A stretch of 64,000 nucleotides of DNA from assembly GCA_963422735.1 (NCBI GenBank), contig OY730476.1:4544001-4608000 (forward strand), read 5' to 3'. A program made the position numbers and the translations under genes. The number at the start of each line of letters is the position of its first letter. The stretch's first letter is position 1. This DNA is from Candidatus Latescibacterota bacterium. Lineage in GTDB: Bacteria; Latescibacterota; UBA2968; UBA8231. Below, in pieces: positions 19,718 through 29,333 of this stretch. The notes under the pieces are model-generated. The model was not told the DNA's origin. It searched no databases and saw only the letters and a list, made by a program, of their open reading frames with translations.

Positions 19718-20791
19718 TCAATTACCTAAAACCAGCGGCAGGATATCTTCTTCCAAGGTTTGCTGAACCTTGGCCACCGCAGCCTGCGCCGTTTCGATTT
19801 GGTCCCGATCCGAGGCAATGGCGTCGCGGAAGGGCTGCTGGATGCGGCCGATCTCGTCGATGGCCGTCTGGATTTCCCGTTTGAGCCGCTGATCTAGGTC
19901 GGCGTCGGATCGGCGGATGAATTCGTCCAAGCCCGCTCCGGTGCCCGCGTAGTCGCCAGTATAGATGTGCTGGACGCTGCGGAGATTGTTCTGGAAATCG
20001 ACGATGGAGTTGAAACTAAACTGCGATTCAACGAGGCGAGGGTCTTGCTCGACGAAGGGGTCGGCGATTTTGCCGTTGGCCACCTCGTCGCAGATGCCGA
20101 TCATGCCGTTGACCATCTCCTGCACCGCCGACTGGGCGGACGGATAAGCGTCGCTGCCATTTCCGGCGTCGCGGACCTTTTGGCCAAAGTTGCCGCCGGT
20201 GGCAATCCAGCTATTGTGCAGGGCGCTGGCCGTGGCCCGCAGATCTTGGGTTGTGGCGATCAGATAGGCGAACTCGCGCTTGGTGAAATCGGCCGCAGTC
20301 TTGCTGCCTCCTTCGTCAAAGAGCAGGTACTCAATGGTGTGGAAGCCTTTGAGGGTCCCGTCCAGCCCGCCCACGTACGCGGTCGTCAATTCGTTGTCGC
20401 TGGCCAACACCCCGTCCAAGTCCGTGCGGTTGACCGGCCAACTGTCCAGCGATGGATCGTACCCGTTGAAGTCCACCGGCCCAAACAGAAACCCCTCGCT
20501 GGCTTCCCAGGGGATGCGCGTGGCCACCCAAGCGTCCCGGGCCGCGCTGAGGTTTTCAGCAGTGGGGTCGCTGTGCAGGGCCTCGACCGCGGCGAGCAGT
20601 TCGCCGGCCCGCTCGTCCAAATCCGTGTACGTGGCAATTACTACTTGGTCAGTGAAGTTGCTCAAGATGGGCGCAAAGTCGAACTCGGCCGCGGCGGGCC
20701 CGGTGGGTAGATCGCTGTCGTCGCCGCAGCCGGCAATGATCAACAGACTGCAAGTGAATAGGATCCCCCATCGCAAGAACGTGGCTTTCAT
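19718..20791 (-). CDS. Imelysin (peptidase M75/IrpA-like) lipoprotein
   Basis: Lipobox LIIAGC, WEASEGFLFGP, DSWP, GFHTIEY (GxHxxE) and ESQFSFNS. Confidence 0.9.
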   Translation of the reverse strand: MKATFLRWGILFTCSLLIIAGCGDDSDLPTGPAAAEFDFAPILSNFTDQVVIATYTDLDERAGELLAAVEALHSDPTAENLSAARDAWVATRIPWEASEGFLFGPVDFNGYDPSLDSWPVNRTDLDGVLASDNELTTAYVGGLDGTLKGFHTIEYLLFDEGGSKTAADFTKREFAYLIATTQDLRATASALHNSWIATGGNFGQKVRDAGNGSDAYPSAQSAVQEMVNGMIGICDEVANGKIADPFVEQDPRLVESQFSFNSIVDFQNNLRSVQHIYTGDYAGTGAGLDEFIRRSDADLDQRLKREIQTAIDEIGRIQQPFRDAIASDRDQIETAQAAVAKVQQTLEEDILPLVLGN

Positions 20792-20877
20792 AAGAGTAGC
20801 CCCTTTTCGTAAGAATTGAAATCCAGCGCACAGGCAACTTCCACCAGTACCCGATTTCACAGTGAATGGCTATTTTT

Positions 20878-22134
20878 TTAGAACTGAAACCCCAGCCCCA
20901 AGCTCAGGGTGTTTTCAGGGTTAAAGCGGGCGGCGCCCAGCCGCCGCATGGCGTAATCGGCCTTGAGTACCACGGTATCTTCCATATTGTAGTTCGCGCC
21001 CAAGGTATAGACCCGACGCGCAAAGCGCGGATTGTCAAAGGTCTGGTCTGGGACCGCGGCCATACTGTCGTACGCGTCCAGGCGGATGAACAGGTCTAAG
21101 CGGTCGGGCGAGGGAGCGGCCAGCCAAGGCAGGACGTCGTAGCCGACCTCTACGAAGGCCGCATAAGCCTCTTGGGCCACCGGAGAGCGCAAGACGCCGA
21201 GATTGTTCGATAGGGTGCGGTTGCGGGCGCTGACAAGGGTAGCATTCTGCAGATGCCCATAGAGGTACAGCCCGCGTGCGCGGAGCCGCCCCCAGTCTAA
21301 GCTGCCGTGCACATCGACGATGGAGACATGCGCGTCAACTCCTGCCATGTCGGGCTTGGGGCGGTTGTCGGCACTGTCGCCGCGATAGCCAGAAATACCC
21401 AGCGCACATTGCGGTGCGAACCGATAATCGAGCCGGGCGACCCAAGCCATATTGGTCGCCTGAATCGTCTCAAAGCGCTTTTGGTGGCCGCCGACAATCC
21501 AGTTTTGCGAGCTGAAACCAGTCGCGTCCAAGCCATTGACTAGCTGTAACTGGTAGCGCCATCCCCGGTAGGCCCCAGAGACCTCCACACCGGTCTCGTG
21601 CCAGAGGGCCGGGATGATGGAAGTTTCGGCTTCCGAGTGCCGGGTGCCGAAGAAATCGGCGGGATGGAAGTGATGGCTCAAGTGGCCCACGGCGACGTAG
21701 AAATGCCCCAAGCGGAGGCGGAAGGCATCGCTGAATGTCCGCTCGACAGCCAGTTCCTCGACGACGACTTCGCCGCCTTTTTCGATTTCCTGCTTGAACT
21801 CGCCGAATTCTTCAAACTCCAATTCCAGCGTGGCACCAGCACCGCCGTGCTCAAATTCCACCTCGGCTTCCAACTTTGTATCTTTGAGTAACTCGACTTC
21901 CAGTTCGAGCGCGAGGCGGGTGATGTCGATGGTGGCGCGGCTGTCCGGGGGAGAACCATGGATCCCGCTTTTCTGGTCGGGGCCGAAATCGAAGTGGGAG
22001 TAGAGCAGCTCGCCGTAGCCTTCTAGATGGAAGGGCGGCCTTGCGGAGGCGTTCGCTCCTTGCACGAGCAAGAAAGCAAGGAGAATAAATAGCTGAAAAA
22101 TATGGAGATAAGGTTTTTTAGGTACGCGTCGCAT
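20878..22134 (-). CDS. Outer-membrane beta-barrel/porin-like protein
   Basis: Signal peptide, EVEFEHGG, GGEVVVEE, IIPALWHETG and C-terminal LGLGFQF (BAM-type terminal Phe). Start uncertain. Confidence 0.8.
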   Translation of the reverse strand: MRRVPKKPYLHIFQLFILLAFLLVQGANASARPPFHLEGYGELLYSHFDFGPDQKSGIHGSPPDSRATIDITRLALELEVELLKDTKLEAEVEFEHGGAGATLELEFEEFGEFKQEIEKGGEVVVEELAVERTFSDAFRLRLGHFYVAVGHLSHHFHPADFFGTRHSEAETSIIPALWHETGVEVSGAYRGWRYQLQLVNGLDATGFSSQNWIVGGHQKRFETIQATNMAWVARLDYRFAPQCALGISGYRGDSADNRPKPDMAGVDAHVSIVDVHGSLDWGRLRARGLYLYGHLQNATLVSARNRTLSNNLGVLRSPVAQEAYAAFVEVGYDVLPWLAAPSPDRLDLFIRLDAYDSMAAVPDQTFDNPRFARRVYTLGANYNMEDTVVLKADYAMRRLGAARFNPENTLSLGLGFQF

Positions 22135-22190
22135 GGATTGGATGAGAGGCCGTCGTATCACTAGTACACATCTTCTATCAATAAAACTAA

Positions 22191-22257
22191 TGTTTGCTTT
22201 TACATCTTTTTGTTCTATATAGCAAACAAAAGTATGGGAGGTGTCCATATTTGTCAA
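22191..22257 (-). promoter_or_regulatory. Sigma-70 promoter with palindromic operator for the porin-imelysin-DHOR operon
   Basis: On the minus strand, TTGACA (22252-57)-N17-TACTTT (22229-34). IR TGTTTGCT (22191-98)/AGCAAACA (22221-28) and palindrome CTATATAG (22215-22) overlap the predicted start site. Confidence 0.6.
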
Positions 22258-22377
22258 GGACATTATTTGCCGTTAAGGCGCTCAACCGCCTAAGACGATG
22301 CAAATGGCCCACCAACCATGGCGGAGGGCTTTTTTGGATTAGACTTCGCAGTATATTTAATGGATTTGGAAAAAGTT

Positions 22378-24978
22378 ATGGGATTTGTAGAAACATTTAC
22401 CGACTCGCTAAAAGAGATGCCCCGTGCGCCGATTGGGGAGTCCTTGCGACCGCTGTGGCGCGAGGCCCTCGCGCACATTGAGGCCGAGCACCAAGCCGGG
22501 GCCGACGGGCAGGTAGTGGCCCGGCGGATCGCCGAGGCCATGGACGCCGTGGTGCTGTCCATCTATCGTAATGCCATGCCCCAGACGGCCGGCCCCCACG
22601 CGCTGGTGGCGCTGGGCGGATACGGCCGCTGCGAAATGGCGCCGCACTCGGATGTTGACTTACTCTTCCTGTTCGCCAAGAGCCAAGACAAGGTTCCCGA
22701 AGTTGTCGCCGGCGTATTCAATCCGCTGTGGGACTTAGGGTTCGAGGTGGGGCATAGCAGTCGCACGTTGGACGACGTGGTCAGGGCTGTGCGCGAAGAT
22801 CTGGAATCGCGCACAGCGATGATGGACGGTCGTCTGCTGGCCGGCGACGCCGCGCTTTTCGCCCAGTTCCAAAAGCGGCTCTACAAGCGCCTGCCCAAAC
22901 GCACGGTAGCCGAGCTGAATCGGCGGCGCCAGCAGCGGCTCGAAGCGCGGCAATCAGTCCAGCTTTTAGAGCCGAATGTCAAGGAGAGTCCGGGAGGCCT
23001 GCGCGAGATGCAGATGTTCGAGTGGGCGCTCAAGGCCAAGGTCAAAGCGTCCGAATGCGGCGATTTGTGCGATCAGTATCTCGATGGCGGCGGCGAGAGC
23101 CTCGCCCGCAGCCGTGCCTTCCTCTGGCGAGTACGGCACGCGCTCCACTTTACAGTGGGCCGCAAGCGCGATGTGCTAGAACATGATCTCAAGCCGCAAA
23201 TCGCGGCCGCCTTGGGCTATGAGGCCCAAGGGCAAGAGCTGGCCGCTGAGTGCTTTATGCGCGATTACTACCTACATGCGCGCACCGTGTACCATCTAGT
23301 AGAGCGGGCCTTCCAACGGCTGACGCACAAGCCGCGCAACCCCAGCCGCAGTATGTATATAGAACGCGGTGTAGCCGCGGTGGAAGGGGAGATTGTCCTC
23401 ACCGACGGCGAGGCGTACTTTGCCGCCGACCCCCTGCGCTTGCTAAAGATTTTCCTCACGGCCCAGACCAAGAATCTGGAGATGAGCGATCAGGTACAGT
23501 GTGCAGTACGCGCCAGTCTGCCGCTGATAGACGACGAATTCAGACGCCTACCAGCGGCCCGCGACGCGTTCTTCAAGATACTCAAGCGCAAATACCGCAC
23601 GGCAGGCACCCTCCGGCGCATGCACGACTTGGGCGTCTTAGGCGCGTACTTGCCCGAGTTCGGGCGGCTGACCTGCTTGGTCCAATACGACATTTACCAC
23701 ATCTACACGGTCGATGAGCACACGCTGGTCGCGCTGGAAAACTTGGAAGCCCTCGGTCAGCAGGAGGGGGGTATGTCGGTAATCCTCGCCCAATGCACGC
23801 GCCGCGATCTGCTGTTCCTCGCCGTGCTCTTGCACGATGTGGGCAAGTGGAAGCGCGACGACCATATCGCGCGCGGCATTGAGATGACCGAGGAACTGAG
23901 CGAGCGGATGGGGCTGGACCAACAGGAGCGGTCCATGCTGCGCTTCCTCGTGGAGCACCACCAAGACATGGTGCTTATCTCTAGGCGGCGCAATCTCGAC
24001 GACTACGAGATGATCGCCGAGTTCGCCGGTTTGTTCGCCAACTCAGAATGGCTGCGTGCGCTCTACTTGGTTTCGTACGCCGATTTGTCGGCTGTTTCGC
24101 CCGACGCTTGGACCGACTGGCAAGGGGCCTTGCTGTGGGAATTGTACTACAAGACGGCCGAGCAACTGCACTCGGACATGCAGGCCCTAGAGGCCAAACA
24201 GCGCGCTCAGCAGGCACTCAACGAGCACCTCGATCACATCGGGAGCCACTGGTCAGCTCAGCGGGTCGTTCAGTTTCAAGAGCACATTGAGCAGCTATCC
24301 CCCGGCTACTTGGTGGCCTATGACCGCGCGCAGATCAAGGTGCATTTGGAGATGATCGCTCGCTTGGGCCGGGAGCAGCCTTTTGTCGTGGAATTCATCG
24401 AGCGCGAAGGGCACACCGAGGTCGTCGTCTGCACCCGCGACCAGCGCCAGCTCATGGCCAAGATCTGCGGTGCTTTGGCCGTCAACGACATCAACATCCT
24501 CCGCGCTGATGTCAACACCCGCGCCGACGATGTCGTGCTCGACATTTTCCAAGTGACCGACATCGACGGCAGCCTGGTGCTGCCCGACTGGAAGAAGGAG
24601 CGCATGCGCCAGCGGGTGGCCGAGGTCATTTTGCTGCGGCTAAAGGCTCGCGACTTGCTGGCGCGCTACAGCAGCAGTTGGGACCGCCGCCGCCGGCAGC
24701 GGCAGTACGACCAGTCGCCTCGCATCTCGTTCGACAACCAGATTTCGGCTCGCTACACGGTCGTCGATATCGAAGCCCAAGACAACGTGGGCCTGCTCTA
24801 CAGAATCGCGTACCTGTTGGGCGAACTGGATCTCAACATCCATCGCGCCATTATCAACACGGTTGCGGCGCGGGCGCAAGACGCGTTCTACATCGTCGAT
24901 GCCGAGGGGCAAAAGATCGCCAGCCACGAGAAGCTCGACCGGATACAGCAGTACCTGCTCGACGGGCTGGCGTCTTGA
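22378..24978 (+). CDS. glnD: [Protein-PII] uridylyltransferase/uridylyl-removing enzyme
   Basis: ALGGYGR..PHSDVDLL, LLEPNVKESPGGLR, YHIYTVDEHT..LLHDVGK (HD) and two ACT domains. Start uncertain (22318-22417). Confidence 0.95.
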   Translation: MGFVETFTDSLKEMPRAPIGESLRPLWREALAHIEAEHQAGADGQVVARRIAEAMDAVVLSIYRNAMPQTAGPHALVALGGYGRCEMAPHSDVDLLFLFAKSQDKVPEVVAGVFNPLWDLGFEVGHSSRTLDDVVRAVREDLESRTAMMDGRLLAGDAALFAQFQKRLYKRLPKRTVAELNRRRQQRLEARQSVQLLEPNVKESPGGLREMQMFEWALKAKVKASECGDLCDQYLDGGGESLARSRAFLWRVRHALHFTVGRKRDVLEHDLKPQIAAALGYEAQGQELAAECFMRDYYLHARTVYHLVERAFQRLTHKPRNPSRSMYIERGVAAVEGEIVLTDGEAYFAADPLRLLKIFLTAQTKNLEMSDQVQCAVRASLPLIDDEFRRLPAARDAFFKILKRKYRTAGTLRRMHDLGVLGAYLPEFGRLTCLVQYDIYHIYTVDEHTLVALENLEALGQQEGGMSVILAQCTRRDLLFLAVLLHDVGKWKRDDHIARGIEMTEELSERMGLDQQERSMLRFLVEHHQDMVLISRRRNLDDYEMIAEFAGLFANSEWLRALYLVSYADLSAVSPDAWTDWQGALLWELYYKTAEQLHSDMQALEAKQRAQQALNEHLDHIGSHWSAQRVVQFQEHIEQLSPGYLVAYDRAQIKVHLEMIARLGREQPFVVEFIEREGHTEVVVCTRDQRQLMAKICGALAVNDINILRADVNTRADDVVLDIFQVTDIDGSLVLPDWKKERMRQRVAEVILLRLKARDLLARYSSSWDRRRRQRQYDQSPRISFDNQISARYTVVDIEAQDNVGLLYRIAYLLGELDLNIHRAIINTVAARAQDAFYIVDAEGQKIASHEKLDRIQQYLLDGLAS

Positions 24979-24999
24979 GTTGTAATCCGCGAGATCGGA

Positions 25000-25099
25000 G
25001 CGGGGCTGGCGATCGCCCCCGATCTGGATCGCAAAGCCGATGGGCTTCCGCGTCAATCTCTCCGACGCGGAAGCCGTGTATCGCGTCTTGGACCAATGA
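25000..25099 (+). pseudogene. Antitoxin (VapB-like) C-terminal remnant
   Basis: WIAKPMGFRVNLSDAEAVYRVLDQ* ends 6 nt before a PIN gene; 5' part missing. Confidence 0.55.
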
Positions 25100-25105
25100 C
25101 TACCC

Positions 25106-25509
25106 ATGAGCTACTCCTTGGACGTCAACCTCCTTCTCTATTCGTCGGACGCCTCCAGTCCGTTCCACGCGAAAGCCAAGAGCTTTCTTGAATCCTGCAT
25201 GAGTCGGAGCGACGTGCTCTATCTAAGTTGGCCGACGATAATGAGTTACCTGTGCATTGCCACGCATCCATCCATCTTCGATGAGTCGCTGACGCCCGAA
25301 GATGCCTGCTCAATCTGCCCAATTCTCGCTGTCTAGCCGAAAAAGACGGATTCTGGGAGACATGGCGTGAGACATCCGTGCGTGGAAACTTGGTGCCGGA
25401 TGCACACCTCGCCGCGCTTCTTCGCTTCCATGGGGTGCGTCGGCTGTACACGCACGACCGAGATTATCAAAGATTCGATTTCCTCGATGTACAGGACCCA
25501 CTAGCTTGA
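25106..25509 (+). pseudogene. vapC: VapC/PIN-domain toxin, frameshifted
   Basis: YSLDVNLLLY..SPFH..IATHPSIF, then in a different frame GNLVPDAHLAALL..LYTHDRDYQRF. Confidence 0.85.
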
Positions 25510-25544
25510 CACTTGATGAACAAAAACGCTCCACCGCCGGGGGA

Positions 25545-25877
25545 ATGGCACCCGTTACCGACTCGCTCCTCGATCAGATGGTCCAGGCCATTGTCGAAGA
25601 GGTCGATCCCGAGCAGGTGATCCTCTTCGGCTCTCGCGCCCGCGGCGACGCACGGGAAGATTCGGATGTCGATCTGGTGGTGGTGGCCGAGCCGTTTGGC
25701 CCGGAGCGAAGTCGTCGCCGGGAACTAGTCAGGCTCTACCACGCGCTGGTGGAATTTCCCGTCCCCGCCGACATTCTCGTTTACTCTCACGACGATGTTG
25801 ACTACTGGCGCGACTCCCTCAATCACGTTCTGGCGCGGGCGCTGCGGGAAGGGAAGGTGCTCTATGAGCGACGTTAA
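25545..25877 (+). CDS. Minimal nucleotidyltransferase (MNT antitoxin)
   Basis: VILFGSRARGDAREDSDVDLVVV; C-terminal EGKVLYE overlaps the HEPN start. Confidence 0.9.
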   Translation: MAPVTDSLLDQMVQAIVEEVDPEQVILFGSRARGDAREDSDVDLVVVAEPFGPERSRRRELVRLYHALVEFPVPADILVYSHDDVDYWRDSLNHVLARALREGKVLYERR

Positions 25878-26341
25878 ATGCGCGAGGATGCTGCTCGATG
25901 CGGCTGAGCGCGATGTCGCGGCCCTTCGGGTCATGTGTCGATCCGACGAAATCTCCGACGAGATTTTCGGCTTTCACGTGCAGCAGGCTGCCGAGAAGCT
26001 ATTCAAAGCTTGGCTCGCAGTGCTGGACCGGCTATGCGCTTGCTGCGGGGATTGAGGGCGACGATAGCGCCGAGAAGCTATTCAAAGCTTGGCTCGCAGT
26101 GCTGGGCGAGGTGTATCCGCTAACCCACAATATCGAAAGATTGTTCGATCTCCTCGCCGACCAAGGCGTCTTTGTGGAGCCCTTCCGCAAGCTGATTGAT
26201 TACACTCCATACGCCGTCGAGTTTTGCTATACAGGTGTTGACTCAAGTACCGAAGCAATCGATCGCGCTGGTGCGCTCGCGATCGTCGAATCGTTGCTGG
26301 AACAGGTCCAGCGGCGGCTGGCAGAGGTGGAGGGGGTGTGA
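25864..26341 (+). pseudogene. HEPN-domain protein interrupted by a 79-bp duplication/insertion
   Basis: GFHVQQAAEKLFKAWL and YPLTHNIERL lie in different frames. Removing 79 bp gives an intact 399-nt ORF. Confidence 0.88.
25990..26105 (+). repeat. Perfect 37-bp direct repeat flanking a unique 42-bp insert
   Basis: GCCGAGAAGCTATTCAAAGCTTGGCTCGCAGTGCTGG at 25990-26026 and 26069-26105; insert at 26027-26068. Confidence 0.95.
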
Positions 26342-26525
26342 TGGAGCAACTGCTAGCGGGTAGGGGTTGCTCTGTCTGGCTATTGGCTAGCACAACTTCT
26401 CTATAATTTCAAAATGAAAGCAGCTAGCCGGAGTGGGGCCGGCGGCAGCTTCCACGGCACGGCTGTGGAGAGGGAGCGAATGACCTGCGGCGGGCCGATT
26501 TTGTTAGGGGGCAGCGTTCACCCGC

Positions 26526-28214
26526 CTAGTACGACCGCAGCGTCCGCCCCAACTCCTCGGCCTCTATCCACTTCCGCAACACGGCACCAGAGCGCGCCAG
26601 CAACGTTCGATAGGGCCGCCCCAACGTCTTGTTTTTTGGGTTTTTTCCCGACAGCCGCGGCACGGCGTTGAACCGTCCTCGCACCTCGACGATATTGCGG
26701 CTCGGATTGTGCACGGCAATCGTCAATACCCGTGCGCTGTGGCCCTCCGCATCGACCTGCATGGACCACACCGACTTGCTGCCCCGCCGGCAGTTGGACA
26801 CATAGGAGGCGACGCAGTGATTCATCGCCCGTCCTTCAAGCGCGAGTTCCTTTTTGGAAGTAAGCTCGCGGATGGTCCAACGCAGCTCCTCTTCTTTGTC
26901 GTCCATCCACTCAAAGTTAGCTATGCCCGACGCCTCCCAACTCCCTGCGGGCTGGCGGTTATCGCGGGCTAGGCATTCGTGCCACTCATCGACTTGGCGC
27001 AGGAGCTTGACCGCGCTGCGTCCCTTCATGGTGTAGTTAGGCTGCGGCGGCTCTCTTTCCTCTGTGGGGACGTACTTCTGGTGGTTGATATAATCGACGA
27101 TTGGCCCCACCATATCCGGGTCGAGCATCTGGTTTTCCACGAGGAAGAGTACGACCGTGCTCCAGAAGGATTCCTCGGCGAAACCGCGACCCAATTCCGT
27201 GGCTACCACGGCCTGAGCCAGCGCCTCGCTGCCCCCTTGCCCCACCACCTGTGCCCAGCGCAGGGCCTCGGTCGCCGTCAGTTCGCTTGGTGCCTCAGCA
27301 AAGACATGTGCCATGCGCTTGGAGAGCACAAGCGGCAGGTCGGCCGTGCGGATGTTTTGTCCGCTGCCCACGTGGACGAACCACCCTTGCTGGCGTTGGG
27401 CCTGTGGTCCCCAGCCACCGAACCACACCGAATCCAAGCAGGCCGGCACGTCGTAGCGGGTCAATAGGAATCGAACCAGCGCGGCGAATTGCCGCCGGGG
27501 GTTGCGGCTGTCTGGCTTCCACTCGGCCGGTGACTGCTGCCAGACGCGGCTGTGCCGCGCCAACGCGCCGAGGGCCTCGACGAAGGTGTTGCCCTCCACC
27601 CGCCCCAAGCGCTGGAGAGCTGGCCGCGCGTCGAGCAGGTTGGCCGCGCGCTTCTCTACGTGCAAGAGCAAATCCCGTAGCTGCGCCCGCTGGTTGCCCG
27701 CCAAGCCCGCAAAGGCCCGATAGATCAGGCGCAGGACCTCGGTGCGCAGATCTTCCTCGGCGAGGGTTCCGGCCCAGAGCTGGAGGACGAGGTCTTTGGT
27801 GCGCCGGCTGTGCTTGCGGCCCTCGTGCAGGACTTGAGTGCTCTGTACTTGCTGGTGGAGCTTGAGTTCCTTGCTGCGCTGGGCTGCGCTTTTGTAGATG
27901 GCGTCGCCGATCCCCTGTTGCCGACACCACGTCTGGTAGGCGGCCACCCCGTCTAACCCTAGTTGTGCAATGTGTTGCCTAAAGGCTTCTTCGACTTGGG
28001 CGGCTCGTTGGTCGCGCTGGTGCGCCGTGCGCTCTTGCCGCCGCTCCTGCCAAGTCTTGCTCAGGGCTGCGCTAAACCCGTGCTGGCGGCACCAGACCTT
28101 GTAGGCTTCAATGGCCTCTAGGCCCAGCGACTCTATATGTGCGCCCAACTCGGCATTGGCACGCGCGGTGGCACCCCGCCGCCGTCCCTTTTTGCGCTTG
28201 GGGCGTTTAGCCAT
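26526..28214 (-). CDS. PcfJ-domain protein with repeated N-terminal module
   Basis: C-terminal VDEWH..IRELTSKKELALEGRAMNHCVASY..LTIAV..VEVRGRFN; N-terminal HI..LGL....AY..WCRQ.G twice. Confidence 0.8.
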   Translation of the reverse strand: MAKRPKRKKGRRRGATARANAELGAHIESLGLEAIEAYKVWCRQHGFSAALSKTWQERRQERTAHQRDQRAAQVEEAFRQHIAQLGLDGVAAYQTWCRQQGIGDAIYKSAAQRSKELKLHQQVQSTQVLHEGRKHSRRTKDLVLQLWAGTLAEEDLRTEVLRLIYRAFAGLAGNQRAQLRDLLLHVEKRAANLLDARPALQRLGRVEGNTFVEALGALARHSRVWQQSPAEWKPDSRNPRRQFAALVRFLLTRYDVPACLDSVWFGGWGPQAQRQQGWFVHVGSGQNIRTADLPLVLSKRMAHVFAEAPSELTATEALRWAQVVGQGGSEALAQAVVATELGRGFAEESFWSTVVLFLVENQMLDPDMVGPIVDYINHQKYVPTEEREPPQPNYTMKGRSAVKLLRQVDEWHECLARDNRQPAGSWEASGIANFEWMDDKEEELRWTIRELTSKKELALEGRAMNHCVASYVSNCRRGSKSVWSMQVDAEGHSARVLTIAVHNPSRNIVEVRGRFNAVPRLSGKNPKNKTLGRPYRTLLARSGAVLRKWIEAEELGRTLRSY

Positions 28215-29178
28215 TTTGCAAAATCCGCGCTAAGTGATCGGCGGGCGCGTTTCCGCCGCTGAGGATGCCGACAACCTTTTTGCCGGCCAAGGACTCGCGG
28301 ATTTTCAGGGCTGCGGCCAATGATGCGGCCCCGGCTCCTTCGGCTACCAGCTTGGCCTCCCGCGCCAACAGGCCAATGGCCGCGTCGATCTCCTCGTCGG
28401 TGACCAGCTCGAAGCGATCTACGAGTTCCCACATTATGCGCGAGGTCATCGCAAAGGGCACGCGCGTGGCTAGCCCCTCGTGCCGCGTGGCCATGGGGGC
28501 CGCCACGTCGAGCCGCCGTTGCTGCCAGGCCCGGTGGCAGACGGGAGCGCCCGCGCTCTGAACGCCGATGATCTCCACGGCTGGGTTCAGGTGGCTCGCG
28601 ACGAGCGAGAGGCCGCAGATGCCGCTGCCGCCGCCTACGGGCACGATCAGCACTTCTACAGAGGGCAGGTCGGCAAAAATCTCCAAGCCCATGGTACCCA
28701 CGCCAGCAATCAGCAACGGCTCATTGGCCGAATGCACGTAGCGGCAGCCCGTGCGGCGCGCCACGCGCTCGACTTTTTCGCGCGCCTCGTCGAAATCGCG
28801 GCCAAAGAGGCGGACTTCTGCTCCGAGGGTGCGCATGGCCGCTACTTTGGCCGGGTTGCTGGCGCGTTCTGGCCCGTATATGGTCACCGGTGTGCCAAAG
28901 AGCTGGCCGGCGTACGCCAGCGACTGGCCGTGGTTGCCGGTGCTCGCGCTGATGACGCCCCGCTGCCGCTCGGCAGGAGACAAACGTCCGATGAGGTTGA
29001 CGCCGCCGCGCACCTTAAAGGCCCCCACGGGCTGCAAGCTCTCGCATTTGGCGTGGTATGCGCAGCCCAGCATTTGCGAGAGCTTCGAGCAGTGGACGAG
29101 CGGCGTCGGTGCCAGATGTGCTCCGACTAGGCCTTGTGCCGCTTCTACGTCGGCGAACGTAGGTAGATTTGTAGTCAT
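28207..29178 (-). CDS. Threonine/serine dehydratase family (PLP) enzyme
   Basis: KCESLQPVGAFKVRG, ASTGNHG, VPVGGGSG, EGAGAA and LSGGN motifs. Confidence 0.92.
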   Translation of the reverse strand: MTTNLPTFADVEAAQGLVGAHLAPTPLVHCSKLSQMLGCAYHAKCESLQPVGAFKVRGGVNLIGRLSPAERQRGVISASTGNHGQSLAYAGQLFGTPVTIYGPERASNPAKVAAMRTLGAEVRLFGRDFDEAREKVERVARRTGCRYVHSANEPLLIAGVGTMGLEIFADLPSVEVLIVPVGGGSGICGLSLVASHLNPAVEIIGVQSAGAPVCHRAWQQRRLDVAAPMATRHEGLATRVPFAMTSRIMWELVDRFELVTDEEIDAAIGLLAREAKLVAEGAGAASLAAALKIRESLAGKKVVGILSGGNAPADHLARILQNG

Positions 29179-29227
29179 GATCGCTCCTAGCGTAGAAAAA
29201 CCTAGCCCGCAAGATATACCATAGCAA

Positions 29228-29253
29228 GTAGAGGCGGGTTTCAAACCCGCCCT
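29228..29253. repeat. GTAG-family REP palindrome
   Basis: GTAGA-GGCGGGTTT-C-AAACCCGCC-CT in an intergenic region. Confidence 0.7.
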
Positions 29254-29333
29254 GTTTAGGTACAGCAACTGGTTGCCCTAATTCTTCTCTCTTGCTATGA
29301 TCCTCGCACTTGCTACGAAGGGAGGGGTAGCGC

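Noticed and set aside
25990-26105. Calling a CRISPR array
   Set aside because: Only two repeat copies, the repeat is HEPN coding sequence, and there is no leader or cas gene in the window. Reported as a scar instead.
26342-26525. TATAAT plus ORF 26414-26671
   Set aside because: No properly spaced -35 or RBS, low-complexity product, and it overlaps the PcfJ gene end.
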